In this document: positions 54,389 through 63,472 of the stretch, one piece after another
How positions within the stretch are numbered: the stretch's first letter is position 1
Layout of the letters: every line of letters begins with the position of its first letter
Program-made: the position numbers and the translations under genes
Origin: a virus
Taxonomy: Duplodnaviria; Caudoviricetes
IMG/VR virus record: IMGVR_UViG_3300029305_001557
Coordinates: 1 to 64,000 of that record
Strand: one strand, 5' to 3'
Length of the DNA: 64,000 nucleotides
The notes under the pieces: model-generated
Database searches by the model: none
Told to the model about the DNA's origin: nothing
What the model saw: only the letters and a program-made list of their open reading frames with translations

Positions 54389-55408
54389 TTACGCAGTTTC
54401 GATAACTACACCGTACTCATCGTGGAGTCTGCCGACACCGAAGATTGCGTACCAAGCTAAGCTTCTCTTTCTACCGAAGTCTTCAACACCGTTGTCACGG
54501 AGTTCAACAGGTAAGGAAAAAGCAATACCGAAGTATGCGTCACCAAAGATAACTGCCTGATATACATTGGTATCAGCAGGAGCACCGTCAGCACCTGCCT
54601 TTAACTCTGCAACGAAAGCAGGGTCAGTAGCCGCACAAGCACCGTTACACATTAAAGTGGTCTCGATGAAACGAGTGTCATCAATTCTACCAATCTCGCC
54701 TGTGAATAACTGCTCGGGGGCACCATAGTTGCTTGCGTTAATCCAAGCACTGTCATCTCTCAAATCACGAGACTGATGAGGGTGTACAAAACAAATCCAA
54801 TTAGTATTCGCATACTTAGGAGCATTGTTTGTAGCAAGGATTTCAATAGCGTCCTTAATGGTAGCTACATCTAACTTATCGTTAGCAGTAAGGTTAGCTC
54901 TGCTTGCCTTACCACCTGCATAAACGATAAATGCAGTATTGCCTAAAGCGGCATCTCTTAACTCGCAGTCAACGACCATAGCATAGTCACGACCTAACAA
55001 GGTTGTGGTGGAAGCCATAATGTCATCGAAAGAAGACTGAATGAGTAACTCAGAAGCGGCAACCGCATTACCGTACTCCTGTACAGTAATCTGCTTAGTA
55101 GAACCACTTAATGCCTGAGTTGTCATAGAAGTCATCTCAGTTAAAGCACCACCTAAAGCAAGGTTGTCATAGGTGAGCATAGAAATAGTTAAGCCCGGTT
55201 CTGTGCCTAACTCTGTCTTAACAGTGGCGAACTGGAAAAATCTCATAACAGGGAGAGCCTTAAACTCAATCTCCTTAGAGTAAACCATTCTCACTGCGTC
55301 TGTGAACTTAACATTATCCCCGCCATTAACTACGGCAGTAGAGGTAGCCGCATAAGCACGGAGAGCGAAGGACTTAAAAACAGCCTTCAAAGAATTTTTC
55401 TTATTCAT
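54389..55408 (-). CDS. Major capsid protein (N4-gp56-like family)
   Basis: VYSKEI...FFQFA...G.LTE...EYGNAV...HP.Q..DL...GEIG..D..RFIET. Confidence 0.9.
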   Translation of the reverse strand: MNKKNSLKAVFKSFALRAYAATSTAVVNGGDNVKFTDAVRMVYSKEIEFKALPVMRFFQFATVKTELGTEPGLTISMLTYDNLALGGALTEMTSMTTQALSGSTKQITVQEYGNAVAASELLIQSSFDDIMASTTTLLGRDYAMVVDCELRDAALGNTAFIVYAGGKASRANLTANDKLDVATIKDAIEILATNNAPKYANTNWICFVHPHQSRDLRDDSAWINASNYGAPEQLFTGEIGRIDDTRFIETTLMCNGACAATDPAFVAELKAGADGAPADTNVYQAVIFGDAYFGIAFSLPVELRDNGVEDFGRKRSLAWYAIFGVGRLHDEYGVVIETA

Positions 55409-55440
55409 TTGGAATAACCTCCTAAATTTATTGTGGTCTT

Positions 55441-56247
55441 TTATCTAAGACCCATTTTCTTACGGAACTCTGCGTATTCAGGGGAGCGAGGGTCTAAACT
55501 CTGAACATAGTCCATATCAAACTTCTCGTCCTCTTCAGTACTCGGGTTAGCTACAGGGGGAGTAGTGGACTTCTTAGTGTCCTTCTTATCTTCCTTCTTA
55601 GAAGTAGTCTTCTTTGTTTCGACAGGATTGCCGTCCTCGTCAATAAGACCTAACTGCTTCTTTGTAGCAACAGTCTTTTCAACTGCCTTATCAAACGAAG
55701 CGTCAATCTCTTCTTTAGTAGCACCCTTAACTTCATCTGCAAAAACAGAAAGGATTTGTTCAGCACCTTCACTGAGCTTAGTCTGACGGTAAAGCTTTAC
55801 CTCATACTCTGCTTCAATCTTGGCTCTTAACTCTTCCTCCTTAGGAGTAGTCTCTTTGAGGGTCTTAATCTCAGCCTGTGCTGTTTCAAGCTGTGCTTTA
55901 AGGTCTTTAACGACCTGACTCTCACCATTGTTAGCTTTAAGCTCATCAAGTTCTTTCTGAGCAGTAGCCAACTTCATAAGATTGTCATTGTTGGTCTGCA
56001 CGAGTGCCTTGTTCTCGTCCTCCAACTTTTTAATGCGAGGATAAAGTTTCTCTTTCTCCTCCTTACGGGCATTTGCAATCAAAGTCTCGAAGTTAATCTG
56101 TGGGGAATTATCTCCGCTACCTCCATTGTCTCCTGCACCGTTGTCTCCCTCATCAGCAAAAGCTCTTAAAAGGAGACCTCTGTAAAGACCTCTCTGCTTG
56201 CTTAAATCGGTAGACTGTTTTGCGATAAAACCACTTTTTGTAAACAT
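55441..56247 (-). CDS. Capsid scaffolding protein
   Basis: Between portal and MCP; coiled coil, acidic; start set by the GGAGG RBS at MFTKSG. Confidence 0.8.
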   Translation of the reverse strand: MFTKSGFIAKQSTDLSKQRGLYRGLLLRAFADEGDNGAGDNGGSGDNSPQINFETLIANARKEEKEKLYPRIKKLEDENKALVQTNNDNLMKLATAQKELDELKANNGESQVVKDLKAQLETAQAEIKTLKETTPKEEELRAKIEAEYEVKLYRQTKLSEGAEQILSVFADEVKGATKEEIDASFDKAVEKTVATKKQLGLIDEDGNPVETKKTTSKKEDKKDTKKSTTPPVANPSTEEDEKFDMDYVQSLDPRSPEYAEFRKKMGLR

Positions 56248-56281
56248 TGCGTTCAACCTCCATTTTGTTTTTGGTATTATC

Positions 56282-56310
56282 ATTATATCACCACTTTGAA
56301 AATAAATCAA
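56282..56310 (-). promoter_or_regulatory. SigA-type promoter TTGATT-17-TATAAT driving scaffold and capsid
   Basis: Read directly. Confidence 0.7.
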
Positions 56311-56350
56311 GTGGTTTCATACAATAAATTATGAAAAGTAGAAAAGTTAC

Positions 56351-57886
56351 TTATTCTGCTCCTCCATTTTGACCTGTAGTCTCTACTCTGACTTGCTCAA
56401 TAGAGGTCTGACCGTTAGTCATACCACTGTTTAACTGAGCGTCATTGGGGTAGTGTCTCGGGTCATTGGGGTCAGAGTGACCATAGAAACAGGGGTTCTT
56501 TTCTAAGTCTGTGTCAATCTCAGTTAAAAGAGTATCAATATTTTCTTTGCCTACTCTCTTAGCCGCATTTTTACGAGACTCAATACCCATTTTCATTTCT
56601 TGCTGAATTTGCTGTAACTCTAACAGCATATCCTTCGGTAAGGTATCAGGAATAGAACACTCATTGTAGTAGAAATCCCTGTTAGTGACATCAGCAGGTT
56701 TTGTGATAAGTCCTTCCAATAAAGACACTAAAAGGACTAACTTATTCACTTCTTCAAGACCGTTCTCGGTGTTCATTCTCTTCACCCTCGTCTTTTCAAT
56801 AAGGGGTAAATTGATATACTGTAGAGCAACACCACTTGTGTTACTAATTGCTTGTGCTCCACCTAATACGGTCTCAGGCACACCACCTACTTCACACATC
56901 TGAAGCTTCAGATTTGCAATATGGGACTGACTTGCTCCTAAGTCACCTTTTAATTCAAGGTTCTCAACACGAGCGTCTTTTGCAAGACCACCCCACATCT
57001 TATTAGCACCTTTTTCAAGATTACCAACCTTAGCACCGTATACAATAGTAATCGGGGCGGCGTGATAGTCAATAATCTCCGATACATTAGACTCTTTAAG
57101 ATTTAACTCCACATTAAGAGGAATGATGTCATCGAGGTCACTGAAGCCCTCATTTCTTCCTGCAATAGTTAAATTCTTAATAAGGACAAAGGGAATAATT
57201 CCGTACTTATTCGGGAACTTCTCTTCTTTACCGTCATCTATGACTACGCACTCGTCATCAGTCCAAATCTGTTTATAAAGAACTTGCTTCTTAGTACTTC
57301 TGCCTAAGATACCTGTACGCACGATTTTCTCATAAGAGTACATAATTGTGACCCTTGTAAGACGGTCTCTGTCGTGAGGGTCAAACTCAGGGAATATCAC
57401 ACTTGACGGAATGAGCATAATTCTAACTCGTCCTTGTGGGTACTCATTGTAGGGGTCTCTCAACTCTGAGGGCTTAAAGTAGCGTACTTGTAACCACGCT
57501 TCACCTGTTACAGACTTCATCTGACCTAAATCAGTAGTAAGCTTGTATTGGTCGTTGTCTTCCCACACATCTTCAAGATACTCAAAAGCTGTTCTTCCGT
57601 CAGGGGTAATAGTAGCTTTCTCCATAGCTTTATGTGTAGACATAGTAAAAGACTTACCTAACTCAAATGCAACAAACTTATTTACAAAAGTTCGGCAGTA
57701 GTTAATAGTAAGTTCAGGGGTGTCCTGTTCGGGCATTTCTTCCCAATGGTAGCCCTCATAGAAGTTCCACGCTCTCTTCATTCTCTTCAAGCGTTCTATT
57801 TGCTTATTATCAAGCTCACCTTGAACTCCTATAAGGCTCGTATTAAAATAATCGTCAAAGTCTCTGCGTCTTTCAAAACCAATCAT
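56351..57886 (-). CDS. Portal protein (SPP1 gp6-like)
   Basis: WNFYEG, INYC, G.IPFV.I.N, SDLDDIIPL, SGVAL. Confidence 0.9.
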   Translation of the reverse strand: MIGFERRRDFDDYFNTSLIGVQGELDNKQIERLKRMKRAWNFYEGYHWEEMPEQDTPELTINYCRTFVNKFVAFELGKSFTMSTHKAMEKATITPDGRTAFEYLEDVWEDNDQYKLTTDLGQMKSVTGEAWLQVRYFKPSELRDPYNEYPQGRVRIMLIPSSVIFPEFDPHDRDRLTRVTIMYSYEKIVRTGILGRSTKKQVLYKQIWTDDECVVIDDGKEEKFPNKYGIIPFVLIKNLTIAGRNEGFSDLDDIIPLNVELNLKESNVSEIIDYHAAPITIVYGAKVGNLEKGANKMWGGLAKDARVENLELKGDLGASQSHIANLKLQMCEVGGVPETVLGGAQAISNTSGVALQYINLPLIEKTRVKRMNTENGLEEVNKLVLLVSLLEGLITKPADVTNRDFYYNECSIPDTLPKDMLLELQQIQQEMKMGIESRKNAAKRVGKENIDTLLTEIDTDLEKNPCFYGHSDPNDPRHYPNDAQLNSGMTNGQTSIEQVRVETTGQNGGAE

Positions 57887-57891
57887 TTACA

Positions 57892-59583
57892 TTACCTCCT
57901 TCTACTTGTTAATCTATTTCTTCTGCTATAATACCGCTTTTCGTTATTCGACTTCTCTGTAAATTTGTTTCTGTTGGTCTCTGTGTTATTTACTTCCCCG
58001 GCAAAACTGCAACCCCAAACAGCTAAAGCCCACGAGTCAGGGTAGTCATCGTGTGCCCCTCTTTCTTCAGGGTGACATACAACAAGGTTAGTGCCACTAT
58101 AGCCTTTCTGTAAATCCCCTAACTGCTGTAAGAAGTCATTATATTCTTTAGTAGCACGAGTCTTGTCCCCTGCACAGACTCTTGCTCTACCTGCCGCAAT
58201 TTCTTTTTCAAGGTGCTTATATAACTCCGACTTAGATTTAGTTGTAAAGATATAAGGAATAACCTCACACTTCAAATTAGCTCTAAGTCTATGAGAAATA
58301 GAAGCTTCCCTTGTTGCGTCACATACTACTCGAACAACCCAAAACATAGATAAATAATCTACAATTAAAGGGTACTGCTCCTCATAGTCAGGCTCATTAC
58401 TTATGCACAGCCAATCTTTTATATAAGTATTATAAGCCATATAGGTCACTTCTTCGCCTGTTTCATCATCAATTCGAGTCTCCATAATAACAGGCATATT
58501 CCAATCGACTTCACACATCGTAACTACAGTACTGTCATTCTTACCGCCAATATCAATACCTGCAATGTGAGTAGCTTGTCGGTCAGACATAACTCTTTCA
58601 AGACTTGTTTCTCCGTTTGCTTCTTCAAACTTGACTATATCAACGAACATACCACGCTCGATTATCCATTCAAGCTTGTAAGACATACGGAACTCATCAG
58701 AGTTTTCGCCAAGTCTCTTCTTTTCGCCCTCAACATACTTAGCGTACTTAGGGTTATACTTAGAAGCCACCGTATAGTCATACTCAAAATGGTTTCTAAT
58801 ATGAGAAGCCCTCATCTCAATCTCTCGTTTATTTCTCTGTATAGCGTCATAGAAATCGCCCTTAAAAGTCGTTGCTGTACCTATCTTAATGATAGAAGCA
58901 TTGTAAGCCGCACCCATAGGGTGAATAGACTTTCTAATCTTAAAGTTACTGATGTCCTGACACTCTTCACAGATAATAAGCTTAAAGGACTCACCCTCGA
59001 TATTACTACCGTCACTCGCTGAAATAGCTGTGGCAAAAGAACCATTCGTAAGAGCAACGGTCTGTCCGTTAGAGGTGCTAAACTCTAATCGGAACTCAGG
59101 GTCACTAAGTACCTCAATAGCGGTTTTACACTGCAATCGTGCTTTTAGTCTTCCGTAAGTTATCTGTGCTTGTCGTTGTGACGGAGCAAATATACCAACC
59201 CACAAACCGTCCTTAAACATTGTGAGTCTCGGGTCATCTGCAAACATCGGCATATTTGCAAGGACAGGAAGAATAATCATCATACCGCCGACTGTGATAG
59301 CGATAGTCTCTGATTTTCCTGACTGACGAGCAAATAGAGCTGTTATCTCAGCACCGTCATTCATCAACACGGAACGAATAACACGCTTTGAAAACTGCTC
59401 CTGATACGGAAACATTGTTCGTCCTGAGTATAACTCACAGAAGTTAAAAATGCGATTTACTAATTCAGTGGTAGGGACTCTCCCTGCGTCAGCTTTTCTT
59501 ACAAAAAGGTCTTTTACATAACTCCATAACAACAATAATAGCAACTTTATATCCAACAGTAAACCACTAAAACTCAAACGCAA
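57892..59583 (-). CDS. terL: Terminase large subunit
   Basis: YQE, RQSGKSET Walker A, ICEECQD Walker B-like, GIDIG, HDDYPDS. Confidence 0.92.
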   Translation of the reverse strand: MRLSFSGLLLDIKLLLLLLWSYVKDLFVRKADAGRVPTTELVNRIFNFCELYSGRTMFPYQEQFSKRVIRSVLMNDGAEITALFARQSGKSETIAITVGGMMIILPVLANMPMFADDPRLTMFKDGLWVGIFAPSQRQAQITYGRLKARLQCKTAIEVLSDPEFRLEFSTSNGQTVALTNGSFATAISASDGSNIEGESFKLIICEECQDISNFKIRKSIHPMGAAYNASIIKIGTATTFKGDFYDAIQRNKREIEMRASHIRNHFEYDYTVASKYNPKYAKYVEGEKKRLGENSDEFRMSYKLEWIIERGMFVDIVKFEEANGETSLERVMSDRQATHIAGIDIGGKNDSTVVTMCEVDWNMPVIMETRIDDETGEEVTYMAYNTYIKDWLCISNEPDYEEQYPLIVDYLSMFWVVRVVCDATREASISHRLRANLKCEVIPYIFTTKSKSELYKHLEKEIAAGRARVCAGDKTRATKEYNDFLQQLGDLQKGYSGTNLVVCHPEERGAHDDYPDSWALAVWGCSFAGEVNNTETNRNKFTEKSNNEKRYYSRRNRLTSRRR

Positions 59584-59602
59584 TTACCTCCTTTATATAA
59601 AA

Positions 59603-59637
59603 ATAAGGGTACAGACTCAAACAGTCTGTACCCTTAT
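59603..59637 (-). terminator. Hairpin terminator after the ligase gene
   Basis: 15-bp perfect stem ATAAGGGTACAGACT/AGTCTGTACCCTTAT. Confidence 0.8.
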
Positions 59638-59664
59638 TATACACTAATTTTTATGAAAAGTAAA
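59636..59664 (-). promoter_or_regulatory. SigA-type promoter TTTACT-17-TATAAT before terL
   Basis: Read directly. Confidence 0.55.
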
Positions 59665-59679
59665 GTACTTTCAAGTATT

Positions 59680-61419
59680 TCAGTCCGAAATGTGGTCTTT
59701 ATAAGTACACTCGGTAGGAGCTTTATCCTCTCTTATACGCAAGAAACGAGGGTGTCTGAGCTTTCCTGTGTCTTTGAATATCTCATTTGCTTTGACTTCA
59801 ATGACTTTTCCAATCCACGATTTTGGGTCTTCACTGAACATCTTTCGAGTCTCTTCATCAAAGCCACTACACTCACCTACTTCAAGGACAAGTACATCAT
59901 CTCCTTCAAGTATCATCTCCTCAATATTAAATTTCTTGTTCTTGGGGAGCTTCATCATCTCTTCAGGAGTGATTGTAACACCGAAACGGATAGTCCCTAC
60001 CCACCCATAACAGTAAAACTTAGAGACAGGTCTGCACTCTTCAGGATACCAATTCTTCGCAAACTGCTTACGCTGTTCAGGAGTATACCCTGACAGGTCT
60101 ACAAGGTCTCGCTCAGTAGTCTCCCAATAGTCCCACTTATCTACAGTCGGGAACTTACCCTTATACTCATCAGTCGGGTCTTCAAACCCCATAATGACTA
60201 CTTCTCGGGTTAAATACTTCTTTATCTTCTGATACTCTCGCCCACGCTTATGAAAATACTTTCCGTCATTGGGCTTTATCATAACACCCTCACCACCTGT
60301 AGCTACGATATACTCATAAAAAGCTCGGGGAGACAAATGCACTCTTCCTGTGTCTTCTTTATACTCAGCATACAAATGAGGGTAAGACTCGGCTCTGCCG
60401 GACTCTTCAAGACTTCTGCTTATTGTATAAGGAGTACCGTGAGTATCGTGATAAGGAGTGGTATCAATAAGACCTCCACAGGTCTGAGAGTCTACATACT
60501 TTACATACTCACTATTGAGTTTATCCACCACAATCTTCAGGTACACTTTTCTACGACTTAACGGCATTTTTCTGAGGTCAATACCCTTAAAGAAAAGAAT
60601 ATCGAAAGCGTGGAAAACAATATACCCAAGTTCTAACTGACGGTCAATAGCTTTATCCCACTTACAATTCAAAGTACTTGACACATCTTTGAAAGGTCTA
60701 TGAGGAATAAACATCTCTCCGTCAAGTATTGTTCCTGCAAGCTCAGGAACATTAAGCCCTCGCAACTGAGGTAAAGAGTCTGTATTCTCACAATACCATT
60801 TTGTCTTCTCACTTACTCTACGACTAAAGCAACGAGTATACCCTTTCTGTGGATAGTACTCTCCCGACTCAATCATCTGAGCAATTCTATCGGCAATATT
60901 TGACCAAGTATACAACTTATGCTGTCCGTTATCATACTCAATCTCATACCCTTTAGCATTGAACATAATATGTCCTTTGGTCTTATCAGGGTACAGAGCA
61001 GTTCCTCCACCAATTCCGTACTCTTTCTTCAAGAACTCAACTCTCTCCGAAACGGAACTATGTGAGATAAAGAACTCATAAATACGATGATAACCTCCGT
61101 GAGTATTACTGCCCGACTGAAGAGTGCTTCTAAGTAAGTATTCTTCTCGGCTCAGGTCTCTCTTAGACACCTTGTTAGGAGCTAAGAAATAAAGTAAAGC
61201 ACGAGTTCCGTCAAATTTCTCTTCGACTACATAAGAGCTATCGTTCAGAAAAGCGTCCTGCTGTTCTTCAGTCTCAATCTCTTTTGCAGTCATTGGAGCA
61301 TACCCTTTTAAGCCCACACGCTCATACATATCTGCTGAGGTGTAATGCTCAAAATGTGGAATAAAAATATGCTCCAAGTCTGTATCATAAAAGGAAGAGT
61401 CTTTTTTAACTATCTGCAT
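59680..61419 (-). CDS. ATP-dependent DNA ligase with an inserted domain of about 95 aa
   Basis: EEKFDG (motif I), ILDGE, FDIL, EGVMIK, KIK, LRHPRF.RIREDK. Confidence 0.93.
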   Translation of the reverse strand: MQIVKKDSSFYDTDLEHIFIPHFEHYTSADMYERVGLKGYAPMTAKEIETEEQQDAFLNDSSYVVEEKFDGTRALLYFLAPNKVSKRDLSREEYLLRSTLQSGSNTHGGYHRIYEFFISHSSVSERVEFLKKEYGIGGGTALYPDKTKGHIMFNAKGYEIEYDNGQHKLYTWSNIADRIAQMIESGEYYPQKGYTRCFSRRVSEKTKWYCENTDSLPQLRGLNVPELAGTILDGEMFIPHRPFKDVSSTLNCKWDKAIDRQLELGYIVFHAFDILFFKGIDLRKMPLSRRKVYLKIVVDKLNSEYVKYVDSQTCGGLIDTTPYHDTHGTPYTISRSLEESGRAESYPHLYAEYKEDTGRVHLSPRAFYEYIVATGGEGVMIKPNDGKYFHKRGREYQKIKKYLTREVVIMGFEDPTDEYKGKFPTVDKWDYWETTERDLVDLSGYTPEQRKQFAKNWYPEECRPVSKFYCYGWVGTIRFGVTITPEEMMKLPKNKKFNIEEMILEGDDVLVLEVGECSGFDEETRKMFSEDPKSWIGKVIEVKANEIFKDTGKLRHPRFLRIREDKAPTECTYKDHISD

Positions 61420-61753
61420 TGCTATCCTCCTCAGCATTTAGGGCTTTCACTGCTCCACTTGTTTTGACGGTACGAGTCACAAGCAACTCTTCAAGCCACT
61501 TAGCTGTTGCTTCATATAACTTCCCATTCTTAGGGTCTGCGGACATTCTCTTGTAATAAGAAATTGCCCTCTCCAAAGTGATAATCTTTAGGGTAGAGTC
61601 TTCTTGTACTGTAGCAGGAGACTCTTCACTGCCTTGTTCTTCAAGCTGTTTTAAGCGTATCATATCCCCCTGCTGTCTCTTGGGTTTATGTGTAATGTCT
61701 TGAACAGGAAAATTTGCTACACCTGCAACAGTAGTATTATTATAATCTTTCAT
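61406..61753 (-). CDS. Hypothetical protein (115 aa)
   Basis: Coupled ORF. Confidence 0.7.
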   Translation of the reverse strand: MKDYNNTTVAGVANFPVQDITHKPKRQQGDMIRLKQLEEQGSEESPATVQEDSTLKIITLERAISYYKRMSADPKNGKLYEATAKWLEELLVTRTVKTSGAVKALNAEEDSNADS

Positions 61754-61762
61754 TTAATTTCC

Positions 61763-62311
61763 TCACTTTCTGACAAGCACAAGAGACTCAGAAATCGTCT
61801 TCTGAAGCTCGTCCGATACTTTAAGGGTCTCAATAGGGATAAAGTGAAAACCACTCTTCAGGCTTATTTCTGTGTCTGTCAAGAGGTCTACAGATAGAAC
61901 AACATTAAACACAAGCACAAAGCTGTTAGAAGTCTCAACTGCCCCTACAGGATAACAAGTAGAATTACCTACAAGTCTGTATAAAGCTTTCTCATTATTC
62001 ACGCTAAAAGCGGAGTCGAGTAAATTCTTCCCGCACAGTAGCCCTGAGTCATTAGCAATAGTCGGGTACAACCCTCCTGCAAGAACAAGCTCAGGAATAT
62101 ATGAAATAGACGCAAACTTCCCTTCGTGAACAAGCACAAGGTTGTCTTTATCTGTCCTTACATACACTGCGAATAAAACGCTTTTAAGGTTTTCAGGGTT
62201 CTTTTCCCACTCGTCTTTAGGTCTAACACAAAGGTTTTGAACTACCTCAGTGTATAACTCTTTACTGAAGCTTTTTACAGAGCTTCCACACTTACTAACT
62301 AAAACGCTCAC
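61763..62311 (-). CDS. Hypothetical protein (possibly degenerate Nudix-like fold)
   Basis: GGAGG RBS, GTG start; no intact Nudix box. Confidence 0.65.
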   Translation of the reverse strand: MSVLVSKCGSSVKSFSKELYTEVVQNLCVRPKDEWEKNPENLKSVLFAVYVRTDKDNLVLVHEGKFASISYIPELVLAGGLYPTIANDSGLLCGKNLLDSAFSVNNEKALYRLVGNSTCYPVGAVETSNSFVLVFNVVLSVDLLTDTEISLKSGFHFIPIETLKVSDELQKTISESLVLVRK

Positions 62312-62376
62312 TCTAATTCACCTCCGAAAATAACAAGAGGGAGCAACTACTATGAGCTACTCCCTCTCGTGATATA

Positions 62377-63387
62377 TTATTCTTCTGCTTCGTACTCTTC
62401 TCCGCAATGTTCACAAATGAACATCTTGGTGTCCTCAGAGTAGTTAAGAACACGACCACAGCAAGCAGGTTCACCGTTCAAGGAGTAAGCTCCCTCTTCA
62501 ATGAGGTCGCCCTCGTCATCAACAAGTCTGCACACTGCGTCAATGTAAGTGTCGAGCAAGTCCTCATCAGACATATCACTCATATCGTCCTCAGTGTCGT
62601 AGAAAGACTGCAAGAACTCAACAAGGTCATCACGAGTCACATCACCCTTGCTAAACTGCTCACGGATTTCTTCGTCCTGAGCAAGAATAGCTTTCTTACG
62701 AGCTTCCGTCATAGCAGGATTGTCAATGTCGTTGGTGTTATCTTCTTCCTCTTCATCGGAGTCTTCAACAGGAGCTTCCTTAGCTACAGGAGCTTCAGCA
62801 ACTTCAGTCTCTTCCTCTTCGTCTTCATCATCAAAATCAAGAAGACCGTCTCTTACTGCCTGTACAACTTTTTCAATCAAAGCTTCACGCTTACCCTTTG
62901 CAGAGAGTCCGATGTCAACAAGTACATCAGCAATCTCCTCGTTGGTCATATCGGCAACTGCGTCTACAACCTTAGCATAAATGGGGTCGTTGTTCTTTTC
63001 GTCAACAGGAACTTCCTCGGGGGCTTCATTCTCAGCGGTTGCGGTCTCATCAGGAGTACAACCGAGAATACGATTTGTAATCTCTTCACGATTACCCACT
63101 GCGGAAATACCCATATCTTTTGCAAGCTTCTTAATGTTGTTGTAGGTCATACCGTCAAGCTGTTCACGAGTAACAGCAGGTACTTCCTTCACTTCATTTG
63201 CTGTAGGAGCTTCGGCAACAGTCTCTTCAGCCTGAATAGCTTTGCGTCTCTGCACACTCTTGCTCTCTACCTCGTTCTGCGTGGGAGTAGAAACAGTCTC
63301 AACAGACTGCTCATCTGCATAACCTTCAAGAATAAGGTCAATTCCTCCTCGTACAGCTTTAAGTCCTTCGATAATTTTTGCGTTCAT
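62377..63387 (-). CDS. Very acidic protein with SAP/HeH (Rho-N-like) repeats and a C-terminal Zn ribbon
   Basis: MTYNNIKKLAKDMGI..G.REEI; MTNEEIADVLVDIGL..G.REALIE; CC...CEHC. Confidence 0.8.
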   Translation of the reverse strand: MNAKIIEGLKAVRGGIDLILEGYADEQSVETVSTPTQNEVESKSVQRRKAIQAEETVAEAPTANEVKEVPAVTREQLDGMTYNNIKKLAKDMGISAVGNREEITNRILGCTPDETATAENEAPEEVPVDEKNNDPIYAKVVDAVADMTNEEIADVLVDIGLSAKGKREALIEKVVQAVRDGLLDFDDEDEEEETEVAEAPVAKEAPVEDSDEEEEDNTNDIDNPAMTEARKKAILAQDEEIREQFSKGDVTRDDLVEFLQSFYDTEDDMSDMSDEDLLDTYIDAVCRLVDDEGDLIEEGAYSLNGEPACCGRVLNYSEDTKMFICEHCGEEYEAEE

Positions 63388-63433
63388 AGCACTACCTCCA
63401 TAAATTTATTTAGTTTTCTTTTGGACTACATAT

Positions 63434-63462
63434 ATTATAGCACACAACTAAAAGACTGTCAA
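63434..63462 (-). promoter_or_regulatory. SigA-type promoter TTGACA-17-TATAAT
   Basis: Perfect consensus. Confidence 0.85.
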
Positions 63463-63472
63463 GTCCCTCGTA

